DNA of 64,000 bases, taken from Candidatus Planktophila sp. (GTDB lineage: Bacteria > Actinomycetota > Actinomycetes > Nanopelagicales > Nanopelagicaceae). Location: contig JBCKHR010000001.1 of assembly GCA_038905755.1 (NCBI GenBank), positions 29,453 through 93,452 on the forward strand, written 5' to 3'. Positions 36,213 to 46,303 of this stretch are shown here, in pieces (positions within the stretch are counted from its first letter, which is position 1; each line of letters starts with the position of its first letter). A model generated the notes under the pieces. The model made no database searches and had not been told where the DNA came from. It saw only the letters and a list, made by a program, of their open reading frames with translations. The translations under genes and the position numbers were made by a program.

Positions 36213-37244
36213 TTACAGCCCCACAACGGTCACAGGCAAGCTTGAATCTGCGTCAAAAGCTAGGGGGCTAGGCGTACGGCCAGCAGCGACCATCAGGGCC
36301 CCCAGAGCAGCCACCATAGCCCCATTGTCAGTACAGAGCTCAGGTGCTGGAATACGGAGGCGGATTCTGGCGCGTTCGCATCGCTGGCTGGCCAACGCCC
36401 GCAGGCGTGAATTGGCGGCAACACCGCCTGCAATGAGTAAGGAGTCTATGCCGCTTGATTTGCAAGCAGCGAGGGCTTTTAGAAGCAAGACATCCACAAT
36501 CGCCTCTTGAAAAGAGGCTGCCACATCAGCGCGAACATAGGCTGGGGTGCGCTCTAAATATCGCGCAACTGCCGTTTTTAAACCAGAGAAAGAGAAATCA
36601 AAAGGTCGAACTTGCCAATCTGAACTCTGTGTCAACCCTCTTGGAAAATCGATTGCCGTTGGACTTCCCTCCTTTGCAATTCGATCGATGGCAGGTCCGC
36701 CGGGAAAACCTAACTTCATAACCCGCGCAATTTTATCGAAAGCCTCCCCTGCGGCATCATCCAAAGTTTCACCTAATTTAACAACGCTGAGCGTGATGTC
36801 ATTTACTTGCAAGAGCGATGAATGCCCACCGCTTACTAGTAAAGCAATTGTTGGTTCCAAAGATTGCTCATGGGTTAGCGCAGCAACGCTGATGTGCGCG
36901 GCTAAATGATTTACGCCATAGAGGGGCTTATTTAAACCAAGGGCTAAACCGCTAGCTGATGCAACTCCAACTAACAACGCACCGACTAAACCGGGACCTG
37001 CAGTTACTGCAACCGCATCAATATCACCCAAGGAAAGCTCGGAATCGGAGAGAGCTTTTTCAATACTTGGTAATATCGCTTCTAAATGTGCGCGGCTAGC
37101 AATTTCTGGAACCACTCCGCCAAAGCGGGCATGCTCTGCCACACTTGATGCAATGACATTTGCCAGCAGAGTTCGACCGCGCACAATTCCGATCGCAGTT
37201 TCATCGCATGAAGTTTCAATTCCTAAAACAATTGGCGAACTCAT
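36213..37244 (-). CDS. tsaD: tRNA t6A37 threonylcarbamoyltransferase TsaD
   Basis: [27 protein letters not shown] and TDNGAM motifs. Confidence 0.97.
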   Translation of the reverse strand: MSSPIVLGIETSCDETAIGIVRGRTLLANVIASSVAEHARFGGVVPEIASRAHLEAILPSIEKALSDSELSLGDIDAVAVTAGPGLVGALLVGVASASGLALGLNKPLYGVNHLAAHISVAALTHEQSLEPTIALLVSGGHSSLLQVNDITLSVVKLGETLDDAAGEAFDKIARVMKLGFPGGPAIDRIAKEGSPTAIDFPRGLTQSSDWQVRPFDFSFSGLKTAVARYLERTPAYVRADVAASFQEAIVDVLLLKALAACKSSGIDSLLIAGGVAANSRLRALASQRCERARIRLRIPAPELCTDNGAMVAALGALMVAAGRTPSPLAFDADSSLPVTVVGL

Positions 37245-38233
37245 AACTCTTTCCTTAAAACTTGTGCATCGAGGGCGGGTCCGTAGTAATTCATCCGAAT
37301 CGAGATCTTCAAATAACCTAACGATAGATATAGGCGAATCGCAGCGGTGTTATCGGTTCTAACTTCTAACATCATGGCGCTCGCACCGCGAGTCCGTGAC
37401 CAGTTTTCAAGTTGAGAAATAAAGTGCGTTGCGACTCCTTGCTTTCGATAACCCTCGATAACCCCAACTGTGGTGATGTCAGCTTCTACCCCAGCGACAG
37501 GGGCAAAAACCCCTGCATATCCCACTATTTCTTCCTTTTCATTAGCGGCCACTAAGAAGTGGCGAGTGTTGGGAATACCTGCGAACTCTTCTTTAAATTG
37601 TGCAACTGACCACGGCGAATATGGAAATAGTTGGCGGTCCAGTGAAGTTAAAACTGGAATATCCAACGCTCTGGCTGCGCGAAATGTAATCAACGGCCGC
37701 GATGCAGTGGCAACCGCATCTGGGCGGCGCAAATAATATGGCATAACGACATTGTGCTGCTCACTTAACGCCACTAAAGCCTTCATATCTGGAAATAAAT
37801 CAGCGTAGATTTTCGCGCCAGCCACATCTGCGGGGAAATTAACGTTTGGCTCACCTTGTCGTATGCCATTGATGTATCTGGCCCAATAAACTTCTTTTCG
37901 CCGAGCATCAACGGTGACAATAAAATCTTTATCGCCGATGGGTAAGGCAATCGCATCTAAAGAACAGACGCCGAGGACTGGAATACTTCTGGCTAGCGAA
38001 AAGGTGCGCGCAAAAGCGATTCCAACGCGCAGACCAGTAAAAGGCCCGGGACCCATGCCTACCACTACTTGATCTATCCGTACCTTCTTAATGGCTTCTG
38101 CTACCAGAGTCGGTAGCGCTGGTCCATGAGCGGTGGCGCCGTCTTGGAATTTGTTCCATATTTCGTTATCGCCGAGGATTACCGAAACAAGCGTCCGTGA
38201 AGTTGAGGTATCAATCGCTAGGGAAGCCCTCAC
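37241..38233 (-). CDS. tsaB: TsaB-RimI fusion (TsaB about 38233-37694; RimI-type GNAT 37693-37241)
   Basis: TsaB motifs [25 protein letters not shown] and YLRRPDA continue in frame into PWS, YRKQGVA, LEVRTDN and YY GNAT motifs. Confidence 0.9.
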   Translation of the reverse strand: MRASLAIDTSTSRTLVSVILGDNEIWNKFQDGATAHGPALPTLVAEAIKKVRIDQVVVGMGPGPFTGLRVGIAFARTFSLARSIPVLGVCSLDAIALPIGDKDFIVTVDARRKEVYWARYINGIRQGEPNVNFPADVAGAKIYADLFPDMKALVALSEQHNVVMPYYLRRPDAVATASRPLITFRAARALDIPVLTSLDRQLFPYSPWSVAQFKEEFAGIPNTRHFLVAANEKEEIVGYAGVFAPVAGVEADITTVGVIEGYRKQGVATHFISQLENWSRTRGASAMMLEVRTDNTAAIRLYLSLGYLKISIRMNYYGPALDAQVLRKEL

Positions 38234-38670
38234 AATGAAAAACCGATCCAGCGAGGGCCAACTGGGTTAATACTTACTTGACGAATTTCATCGCTGCTAT
38301 CGATTGTGATTTCTAACCGATCTTCACTCAACCGAGCTGATTCCGCTCCGCCCCATTCAATGAAAGTGATTGCGTGCTCGCGTTGGGAATCTAAATCTAA
38401 CTCATCAAAAAAAAGGTTTGGATTACCAGAATCCAATAACCGATAAAGATCGACATGAATAAATGGAATTACGCCTCTGTGAACTCTAGCAATGACAAAG
38501 GTGGGTGAAGTAATTCCTTGGATTCCTAGGCCTGCTCCAATACCTTGGGCCAATACAGTTTTACCTGCCCCGAGCGGGCCATTAACAAGAAGTACATCTC
38601 CAGCTTGCAAATGGGCGCTGATTTTGATCCCTAGCTCCACCATTTCACTTGCGCTCTCGATAGTGATCAT
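38230..38670 (-). CDS. tsaE: tRNA t6A ATPase TsaE
   Basis: GPLGAGKT, SPTF, HVDLYRL and IEWG motifs. Confidence 0.95.
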   Translation of the reverse strand: MITIESASEMVELGIKISAHLQAGDVLLVNGPLGAGKTVLAQGIGAGLGIQGITSPTFVIARVHRGVIPFIHVDLYRLLDSGNPNLFFDELDLDSQREHAITFIEWGGAESARLSEDRLEITIDSSDEIRQVSINPVGPRWIGFSL

Positions 38671-38692
38671 AAGAGGTAGAGCGTAATAGAAA

Positions 38693-38718
38693 CGGGGGCC
38701 AAGTTCCCCTGGCCCCCG
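38693..38718 (-). terminator. Intrinsic terminator after the secreted hydrolase
   Basis: CGGGGGCCA/TGGCCCCCG stem followed by TTTCTATT on the minus strand. Confidence 0.75.
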
Positions 38719-38737
38719 CTACTAACCTCGATTGGTT

Positions 38738-40369
38738 CTACTCGTTGTAGTACTTGAGTAGAGGGGCACGGAAGAAGGGATCGATGCTGAGGCCGACCTT
38801 TCTTACCGCAAATGTCAGCGCTCCACCTGATGGCAATTTGCCAGTCGCTGATGCGCTAATAAGTGTCTTCGCAACGAAGAGAAGTTGTGCAGTTGTTAAG
38901 TTACAGTGGCCTGCGCCTTTGGCAGGTGGTGTTGTAGTAATCGGTGCGCCTGCAGCTGTGAACGTTGTATAACTTGCTGGAGTCATATCCCAGAGCGTCA
39001 GCAATTTATTTGATGGCCTTGTGTAGCCACCGGTTGCCTTAGACGCTTTGAGCGCAACAACTTTTTCCGCTGCAGCTTGCAGGGTGTAAACATCGACAAT
39101 CCGTTGAGTTGCACCAGCCGGTGTAGTTGGATCTGCAATGCCAACCATCAGAACGGTTGGCACGTTAATTTTGCCAGCGTTTGTATGCAGAGCACGCATC
39201 TTCGCAACTGCAGCTGGATCGGCTTTAGCGCGAGTAGTAAATGGCGGTGAGAGCATTTGAAGCATACCGTTAATCGCGTTATTGCCAGAGAGCGCGGCAT
39301 TGAAAACAACGCGCTCATGAACAATTCGAGCTCCGTAATTAGTGGCGGTGTTATCAAATATCGCACCACCTGCTTGGCTCTCAACATCTTGTGTTGCTAG
39401 AACTGCAAGAGCTGCTGCGAAGGCGCCATTTTGAAGAATTGCCAGGGCTGGACTCACCGCCAATGTGAAACCGAGTCCTAGTGGACCAACAGTAATGGAA
39501 TCGAAGTGAGTTGATTGCGTTGGGATACCTGTCATCAAGCCAAGGAGCAAGAGCGCGCTTCTCATTGGGATTCCAGCTGTTGCGAGACCTTTTCCTACAG
39601 CACTCGATGTATCTGGCCAAGCGACCCCACCGGTGCCAAAACTAGCTTGCAGCTTACCTATCACAGTAAATACTTTGACGAGGTCGCCATAAGACTCGGC
39701 TACGCCGGCTGCCCCTGCTGAGTAGTTTCCACCCTTAATTGATGGGTCGAAGAGAACTTTCAAACCCCATAGAAAGTCGCCAGCCATTGTGAGTTGTGGC
39801 TCTATGTTATCGGCTATACATATAGGTGCAGCAGCAGAAATTAGCGCAGGGTGCTTCTCCGCTAAACCTTGAGTGATAAAACCGCCCATGGATTGACCCC
39901 AAGCAATAACTTTTGTAGTTGTTGGGAACGCTTTTTTGAAAACGCTGATTAGCTCAACGTTTGTTGCGATCGCAGAATCGGTGTTCCACCCTTGACGAGC
40001 AAAACCTGATCCCATAATTGCCACACCTTGGCTGAAGAGATAACCGGCAACGGTCATATTTCCATTCGGAACAGGCTCTGGCGTATTTGTGACTTTGTAA
40101 CCACCGAGTGGTGGTGGAAACCCTACTGGGATATCAACATTGAAGCGGTAGCCATGTGAATAGAGCGCGACAGTTCCATTGAAGTTTGCCGGAACCATCA
40201 TGGAATAAGGGGCGCCATCGGAAGTCAGACCAACACATGATTGAATTGGTGATTTGCCATCACAGAGCGGTGCAGCGTTTGCTGCAACAGGAGTGGCGAT
40301 AAAGAGAGCACTAATCAACGCAGTGGTTGAGAAGAGTGCAACGATTTTGTTTTTCCATTTAGTATTCAT
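38738..40369 (-). CDS. Secreted alpha/beta-hydrolase-fold protein
   Basis: Sec signal; SHGY, nucleophile elbow WGQSMGG, candidate Asp (ADPT) and His (GAGHC). Confidence 0.75.
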   Translation of the reverse strand: MNTKWKNKIVALFSTTALISALFIATPVAANAAPLCDGKSPIQSCVGLTSDGAPYSMMVPANFNGTVALYSHGYRFNVDIPVGFPPPLGGYKVTNTPEPVPNGNMTVAGYLFSQGVAIMGSGFARQGWNTDSAIATNVELISVFKKAFPTTTKVIAWGQSMGGFITQGLAEKHPALISAAAPICIADNIEPQLTMAGDFLWGLKVLFDPSIKGGNYSAGAAGVAESYGDLVKVFTVIGKLQASFGTGGVAWPDTSSAVGKGLATAGIPMRSALLLLGLMTGIPTQSTHFDSITVGPLGLGFTLAVSPALAILQNGAFAAALAVLATQDVESQAGGAIFDNTATNYGARIVHERVVFNAALSGNNAINGMLQMLSPPFTTRAKADPAAVAKMRALHTNAGKINVPTVLMVGIADPTTPAGATQRIVDVYTLQAAAEKVVALKASKATGGYTRPSNKLLTLWDMTPASYTTFTAAGAPITTTPPAKGAGHCNLTTAQLLFVAKTLISASATGKLPSGGALTFAVRKVGLSIDPFFRAPLLKYYNE

Positions 40370-41679
40370 TAGTTAGGCAGCCCCTTCACTGGCATTGCTG
40401 GGCGAACATATGTGGATTTCACAATTGCGCCATTACCTGAATCGGTTGTATACATGGTGTAGCCACCAGTTGGTTTGAGGAGGTCACCTGCTGGTGAGTA
40501 CTTGCCAAACCAGAAACCGTTGTAACCAACGTGGCTGGTGGTTGAGAAATTAAGTGGGGTCAGCCCAGCACCTGCAAAAGTGGAGCCTCTCGTCTGGATT
40601 GCTCTAATCAAACTTTTTCGAGTTGGATTCTTGCCGGCAGCTTTTATAGCTTGGGCAGTTAGGAAAGCAGTATTCATGCCAACTAGGACGTTATTATCGA
40701 AAGTCTGAGTTGGATGAGCTTTCAAGTAAATATCTTGGAAGAGCTTTATATACTCATCAGCTGTATCAGTGGTGGACGGAAGAAATGAAGAACTGACTGC
40801 GTTGAAAAGTAGTCCCGCTGCAGTTGGGCCAAGAATAGCTTTAAGCGTGGTGGCATCGCCACCGACTGAGCCCAAGATCCACTGTGGTCCATACTTCATC
40901 GCTGCAGCGGTAGCAAGAGCGGCACCGGTTGCGCTACTAACACCAAAGAGAACGACCACTTCAGCGCCAGCGCTCTGCAACCTAGTAATCCAAGTTGCAG
41001 GAACGCCAGATACACCTTGTGCACCTGAAGCGTAAGCAATGCTCACATCGAAGTTAAGTCCAGCTTGTTTAAATCCAACCAGGGCATCGCTACCAAAATC
41101 ATCATCTTGGTAGAGCAGACCGAGCTTCTTTCCAGCGAAATTATCTCTGATGTACTCAGCCATAATCTTTGCTTCCATTATGTAGGAAGGAAGCATTGTA
41201 AAAGTTGTTGGAAAGTTCTTCTTAACAGCAAAACCGCTAAAGCCAGTGGCAACAAATAAGACTGGGACGCCGCGGCGACCTGGGTTGACTGCTGCCGCAA
41301 TTGCTAGGTTATTTGCAGTTCCTAGTGTCCCAACAAGTGCGAACACTTTATTGTCAAGAATTAATTTATTTGTCTTAGCAACTGCTTGAGTTGGAACATA
41401 TTGATCGTCTTCAGCAAGGAGGGTTAATTTACGTCCATTAACCCCGCCATTTACATTTACATAATCGAAGTAAGCTTTTATCGCTCCTGGAATCTTGTTA
41501 TAGCCAGGCGAAGCGGCTCCGGTGTGAGGCGAGGTCATTCCTAACCTGATTTCGGTTTTGGTGACTCCGACTTGCATGCTCAGTGGCGTAGCTTGTGCTG
41601 GCACTAGCGCAACAGCAAGGTTCGCACACGCAACTACCGCGCAGGTTGCTAAGAACCTACGGCGATTCATTTGGTTCAT
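40369..41679 (-). CDS. LIV-family ABC substrate-binding protein with Tat-like signal
   Basis: N-terminal NRRRFL; NGGVNGRK, DDQY and YQDDDFG motifs. Confidence 0.9.
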   Translation of the reverse strand: MNQMNRRRFLATCAVVACANLAVALVPAQATPLSMQVGVTKTEIRLGMTSPHTGAASPGYNKIPGAIKAYFDYVNVNGGVNGRKLTLLAEDDQYVPTQAVAKTNKLILDNKVFALVGTLGTANNLAIAAAVNPGRRGVPVLFVATGFSGFAVKKNFPTTFTMLPSYIMEAKIMAEYIRDNFAGKKLGLLYQDDDFGSDALVGFKQAGLNFDVSIAYASGAQGVSGVPATWITRLQSAGAEVVVLFGVSSATGAALATAAAMKYGPQWILGSVGGDATTLKAILGPTAAGLLFNAVSSSFLPSTTDTADEYIKLFQDIYLKAHPTQTFDNNVLVGMNTAFLTAQAIKAAGKNPTRKSLIRAIQTRGSTFAGAGLTPLNFSTTSHVGYNGFWFGKYSPAGDLLKPTGGYTMYTTDSGNGAIVKSTYVRPAMPVKGLPN

Positions 41680-41713
41680 ATATTTCCTTCCATCAAGGGC
41701 CCTCGCGGGATTC

Positions 41714-42727
41714 TTACTTCTTTACAGCTAGCGCAATCTTATGATCTCGCTTAGCACGCATCTGTTCAACCGGTCCGTTAGGTACAAATAGAACAGTTAA
41801 AATTAATAACGCACTCACCAGAAAGCCTGGCAAGTTCGCCACCACGTTCTCCGAATTTCCTAAACCAATGGCAATCGCATCGGCAATTTGAGGAATTGCG
41901 ACCAAGGCCACTGCCCCAATTATGACCCCTCCGAGGGTAGTTATGCCAGAGAGAACCGCCCCCGTTAATAGCAAAAATGAGAGACCAAGCGGGAAAGCGC
42001 TCGGAAAAACGTGGCTAATTGTCATGGCTAAGAGGGCGCCAGCCAACCCAGCCAACCCAGCGCTCAAAGTAAAAGCCAGAACTTTGGAGCGACCTATCTT
42101 GATGCCAGCAAGCTCTGCCGCAACTTCATTGGCACGGACCGCCCGCCAAGTCCGCCCGTACCGTGATCTCAAAATATTCTGCAACCACCACATTGAGATA
42201 AGCGCAGTGCTGGCAGCAATCCAGAAGAACCATTTATATTGCGTGAAATCTTCGCCCAAACGCATCGGCGGGAAGCCCACGTAAAATACTAAACCTTGTT
42301 CGCCACCAAGAACTGAGAATTGATTTGCAATCGATGGTAGACCAACTGCCAGAGCAAGAGTTGTTCCAGCAAGATATGGACCAGATAATCGCGCCGCAGC
42401 AGTTCCCAGAGCTGCTCCAAAGGCAGCGGTCACTAAAATTGCAACCGCAAAACAAATCCATACCGGTGCGTCAAGATAGTTTCGGGTGAGCGCTGCACTG
42501 TATCCACCGATTGCCAATAAAGCACCGTGTCCCAAAGAAACCTGGCCAGAGTAACCAGTGAGTAAAATTAGAGATGCAATAGCAACAACAAACATTGCCA
42601 CCGAAGCGCCTTGGTATACCCGAAATTCATCTACCCGATTACTCAGCAAGAAGATGGCAAAGGCAAAGAAAATAAATAATACGATACGGTTCGATTGCTT
42701 CTTCTGCTTCTTCTTCAACTTATGCAC
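41714..42727 (-). CDS. LivM-like ABC permease
   Basis: GYSGQVSLGHG, LSGPYLA and GRTWRAVRANEVAA motifs. Confidence 0.9.
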   Translation of the reverse strand: MHKLKKKQKKQSNRIVLFIFFAFAIFLLSNRVDEFRVYQGASVAMFVVAIASLILLTGYSGQVSLGHGALLAIGGYSAALTRNYLDAPVWICFAVAILVTAAFGAALGTAAARLSGPYLAGTTLALAVGLPSIANQFSVLGGEQGLVFYVGFPPMRLGEDFTQYKWFFWIAASTALISMWWLQNILRSRYGRTWRAVRANEVAAELAGIKIGRSKVLAFTLSAGLAGLAGALLAMTISHVFPSAFPLGLSFLLLTGAVLSGITTLGGVIIGAVALVAIPQIADAIAIGLGNSENVVANLPGFLVSALLILTVLFVPNGPVEQMRAKRDHKIALAVKK

Positions 42728-43628
42728 GTCGACCTGCTTTCACGCCGATGATTCCTTGTGGGCGCACGATTAAAACAATAATGAGAAGTGCGAAAGCAAT
42801 CATGAAGACCAGAGAACCGCCGACATAAGTTAAAACAAATGCAACGACCAGACCTAAAATTAGCCCACCGATTACTGCGCCAACTAAACTATCTAAACCA
42901 CCAATAACAGCGGCAATGAAACCAAAAACAAGTAACAGACTAAATTCAAGCGAATCTGGAAAGATCGATCCAATTCCATTTGGAGTTTGCAACATACCTG
43001 CCGCCGCTCCAGCCGCACCTGCAAGTGCCCAACCAATGGTGCGAATGAAATCCACGCGTACTCCGGCCAGACGTGAAATTTCAGGTGAATGAGCCGATGC
43101 GCGGAGCGATAAGCCAAGGTTAGTTCTCTGAAACAGGAGCGTTAAGCCCACCATTACCGCTACCACCCAAGTAATAATAAAGAGTTTAAGCGGTGAGAAA
43201 GCCAGCGTCGTACTTCCTATGGTGTAACCGACATTAGAGAGTGGTCCTTTCAGTATTAGATCTTGGTTGCCCCAAATGAAACCAATCATTGCGCGAATGA
43301 CTCCCAATAAACCTAGCGTCGCAATGATTGGAGCAACGCTAGCAATTGGACCTTGGCTAGTGTGTTTTAACAGAGCGCGCATGAAAAGCAGTTCGATGAG
43401 TGCGGATATGAGCGCACCTGCCAGCATCGCTAATGGAAGTGCAATCCAATAAGAGCCGGTCAATTGGATCAATTCATAGCCAATATAAGTGGAGAGCAAC
43501 GCCAGGCCTGCTTGCGCAAAATTAATAACGCGAGTACTGCGCCAGACTAGAACCATGGCAATCGCCATTAGCGAATAAATTGCGCCCGAAGTAACTCCAA
43601 TAAGAATCGTATTTATTAATTGCACCAT
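42720..43628 (-). CDS. LivH-like ABC permease
   Basis: Start refined to MVQLIN; INFAQ, GLSLRAS and AAVIGGL motifs. Confidence 0.9.
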   Translation of the reverse strand: MVQLINTILIGVTSGAIYSLMAIAMVLVWRSTRVINFAQAGLALLSTYIGYELIQLTGSYWIALPLAMLAGALISALIELLFMRALLKHTSQGPIASVAPIIATLGLLGVIRAMIGFIWGNQDLILKGPLSNVGYTIGSTTLAFSPLKLFIITWVVAVMVGLTLLFQRTNLGLSLRASAHSPEISRLAGVRVDFIRTIGWALAGAAGAAAGMLQTPNGIGSIFPDSLEFSLLLVFGFIAAVIGGLDSLVGAVIGGLILGLVVAFVLTYVGGSLVFMIAFALLIIVLIVRPQGIIGVKAGRRA

Positions 43629-43629
43629 T

Positions 43630-44337
43630 TCAATACCCCAAATATGCCGCGCGCACGGCAGGGTCGGCCAGCAATGCAGTTGCTGAATCGCTAGCAACAA
43701 CTTTGCCCAAATTCAAAACAACACCAAAATCGGCAATCTTTAGCGCCCCCATTGCATTCTGTTCGACCAGAACTACAGTCAAGCCCATTGAAGTTGTTAA
43801 GTCGCGAATTGATTGAAAAATTTGCTCGACCACAAGCGGAGCCAGTCCTAAAGATGGCTCATCAAGAAGTAGGAGTTCTGGCTTAGACATTAGCGCACGT
43901 CCAATCGCAAGCATTTGCCGTTCTCCACCAGATAAAGTACCGGCACGTTGGGATAAACGCTCACCCAGCCTTGGAAAAGTTTCAATAACTTCTTCCCGCG
44001 ACCTCTTTAATTCACTTTTATTTCGTCGCCAGAGTGCACCTAAATCTAGATTCTCTTGAACAGTTAATTCAGAGATTACAGTGTTGCCTTCTGAAACATG
44101 CGAGATGCCATGACGTACTAATTGCTCAGCTTTGCTATGCAATAAATTGTGTTCTCCCCAGGCCGCAGTCCCTGAAGTTGCTTTATTAAGTCCAGAAAGT
44201 GTCCGCAAAAGCGTGGTTTTCCCGGCGCCATTAGCTCCAAGCACGCAGACAAGCTCTCCTTTGTGCGCTTCAAAAGTGACACCATTAATTGCGCGGATTG
44301 CGCCATGGTCAACGGTTAAATTAGAGACGCGCAGCAA
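43630..44337 (-). CDS. LivF-like ABC ATPase
   Basis: GANGAGKTT, LSGGERQMLAIGRAL and DEPSLGLAP motifs. Confidence 0.93.
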   Translation of the reverse strand: MLRVSNLTVDHGAIRAINGVTFEAHKGELVCVLGANGAGKTTLLRTLSGLNKATSGTAAWGEHNLLHSKAEQLVRHGISHVSEGNTVISELTVQENLDLGALWRRNKSELKRSREEVIETFPRLGERLSQRAGTLSGGERQMLAIGRALMSKPELLLLDEPSLGLAPLVVEQIFQSIRDLTTSMGLTVVLVEQNAMGALKIADFGVVLNLGKVVASDSATALLADPAVRAAYLGY

Positions 44338-44340
44338 CGC

Positions 44341-45105
44341 TTATGCCCCCGTTCCTAAATAGGCAGCAATAACCGCGGGATCTCGGCGCACTCTCTCGGC
44401 ATCTCCACTGGCAATTACTTCACCAAAATTGAGAACATAAAGTTTGTCACAGACGTTCATCACAACATCCATATGATGTTCGACTAAAAGCACAGACATT
44501 TGCGCACTTAGATTTCTAATAAGTGAGTTCATCCACTCAATATCTTGAGCACCTAAACCACCTGCGGGTTCATCCAACATCAGAATTTTCGGTTCGCTAA
44601 CTAGCGCACGGGCAATTGCCACTCGTTTAGCATCTGGATAAGAGAGCGTAGCTGCGCGGCGATTTGCTAAACCTAATGCGTAAACACGTTCCAGTGCGAC
44701 TTGCGCTCTTTCGCGTAAAACTTTTTCATCTTTGATGTTCCGCCCGAGCCCGGCAGAAATTAACCCTGAAGTTGCAAAGCATTGTGCGCCAATCATCACA
44801 TTTTCTAATACGGTTAAATCAGCGAAGAGGCCAACTCCTTGCAAAGTTCGAGCGATGCCTAGCTGTACAAGTTCATCCGTACGGGGCCATTCGTGCTTAA
44901 CTCCATCAATTTCGAGTGTGCCTGAATCGGGAGTTACTAAACCGCAAAGCACATTAAATAGCGTTGTCTTTCCTGCGCCATTGGGACCAATGAGTCCAAC
45001 AACTTCATTTTTTCCGAGCTCTAAATAGAGATCGCGTAGAGCGTGCAGGCCACCAAAGGAGATGGAAACTCCTTCAACACGCAACGCTGCGGAATTAGTA
45101 GACAT
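44341..45105 (-). CDS. LivG-like ABC ATPase
   Basis: Start refined to MSTNSAAL; GPNGAGKTT, DEPAGGL, VEHHM and AAYLG motifs. Confidence 0.93.
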   Translation of the reverse strand: MSTNSAALRVEGVSISFGGLHALRDLYLELGKNEVVGLIGPNGAGKTTLFNVLCGLVTPDSGTLEIDGVKHEWPRTDELVQLGIARTLQGVGLFADLTVLENVMIGAQCFATSGLISAGLGRNIKDEKVLRERAQVALERVYALGLANRRAATLSYPDAKRVAIARALVSEPKILMLDEPAGGLGAQDIEWMNSLIRNLSAQMSVLLVEHHMDVVMNVCDKLYVLNFGEVIASGDAERVRRDPAVIAAYLGTGA

Positions 45106-46186
45106 GGGTACCGTATAGTCTAGGCACACGCGGTCCAATTCGTGTAACAATTTCATAGTTAATACTCCCCGATGCCAGACCCCAGTCATCGGCGCTATAT
45201 TCACCGTGGCTTCCATCGCCGAAAATTACCACCCAATCCCCGCTTTGAGCGGGCGAATTCACCCCTAAATCAACGACAAATTGATCCATCGATACCCGTC
45301 CAATAATCGGCGCTCGCTTGCCAGCTATGAAAACACCTGCTTCGTGCGCGATGCGCGGAATACCGTCGGCATAACCAATGGCTACCACCCCAAGGGTTGT
45401 CTCATGGGAGGTTACAACGGAGGCGCCATAACCAACGGGACTTCCGGCAGCCACGCTCTTAACAAGGTGCAAGCGGGCACGCAATTGCATGGCAGGTTTT
45501 AGACCTAACTCCGTATGTGAACCTAAAGTTTTAACATCTGGCGAGAGCCCATACATCGCGATGCCGGTTCGAACCAAATCAAAGGCGGCGTTTGGGTTCA
45601 TTAACGTAGCGGCAGAATTAGCGAGATGTAGCAGTTCCGGCTTAACTGGAAGTTGGCTCACCATTTCGTTAAATCGATCTAACTGATCTTGATTCTGTTT
45701 CTCATTTGGTTCATCAGCTCGGGCAAAGTGAGAAAAAGCACCAATAACATCGACCTCTGAAAAATCTGATTCCGTAAACTCTTGCCACTCAGCGCGAAAT
45801 CCACCGCGCGTCATTCCAGTATCCAATTCAATATGGATTCGCGCGCGAAGTCCGGTTGCCACAATCTCATTGAAAGCCTTGCGGCAAGAAACGCCTAAAT
45901 CAATATTTGCCTCAATCGCGGATTTGAAATTTGAACCGGGAGGAAGTAACCAAGCAAGGATTGGAGCAGTAATTCGCGCTTCGCGTAAAGTCAGCGCCTC
46001 TTCCAGTAGCGCTACACCCAGCCAGTCGGCACCAGCAGTAAGTGCAATGCGTGATGTTTCGATTAACCCATGACCATAAGCATCTGCCTTTACTACCGCC
46101 AATAATTTAGTTCCGGCCTTGTTCTTGAGTAATTTAATATTGTGAGCAATTGCTGCTGGATCGATACGGGCTTCGGCGCGATTCAA
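45095..46186 (-). CDS. alr: Alanine racemase
   Basis: AVVKADAYGHG, DTGMTRGG, GYADG, GRVSMDQ and INYE motifs. Confidence 0.97.
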   Translation of the reverse strand: MNRAEARIDPAAIAHNIKLLKNKAGTKLLAVVKADAYGHGLIETSRIALTAGADWLGVALLEEALTLREARITAPILAWLLPPGSNFKSAIEANIDLGVSCRKAFNEIVATGLRARIHIELDTGMTRGGFRAEWQEFTESDFSEVDVIGAFSHFARADEPNEKQNQDQLDRFNEMVSQLPVKPELLHLANSAATLMNPNAAFDLVRTGIAMYGLSPDVKTLGSHTELGLKPAMQLRARLHLVKSVAAGSPVGYGASVVTSHETTLGVVAIGYADGIPRIAHEAGVFIAGKRAPIIGRVSMDQFVVDLGVNSPAQSGDWVVIFGDGSHGEYSADDWGLASGSINYEIVTRIGPRVPRLYGTHVY

Positions 46187-46188
46187 CG

Positions 46189-46284
46189 TTAACTTCTCTC
46201 AACAATTACGATGGCGCAAGCTATACCCGCATCATGCGAGATGGCATCGATGTCAACTACATCAATGCCGACTCCCTCAATCAT
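46189..46284 (-). pseudogene. acpS: Internally deleted holo-ACP synthase remnant (31 aa, in frame)
   Basis: Translates MIEGVGIDVVDIDAISHDAGIACAIVIVERS*: the AcpS N-terminal GVGIDVVDI joined to the C-terminal ISHDAG motif, at the usual acpS position between glmS and alr. Confidence 0.88.
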
Positions 46285-46303
46285 GCGGTAATACTAATTG
46301 GAG

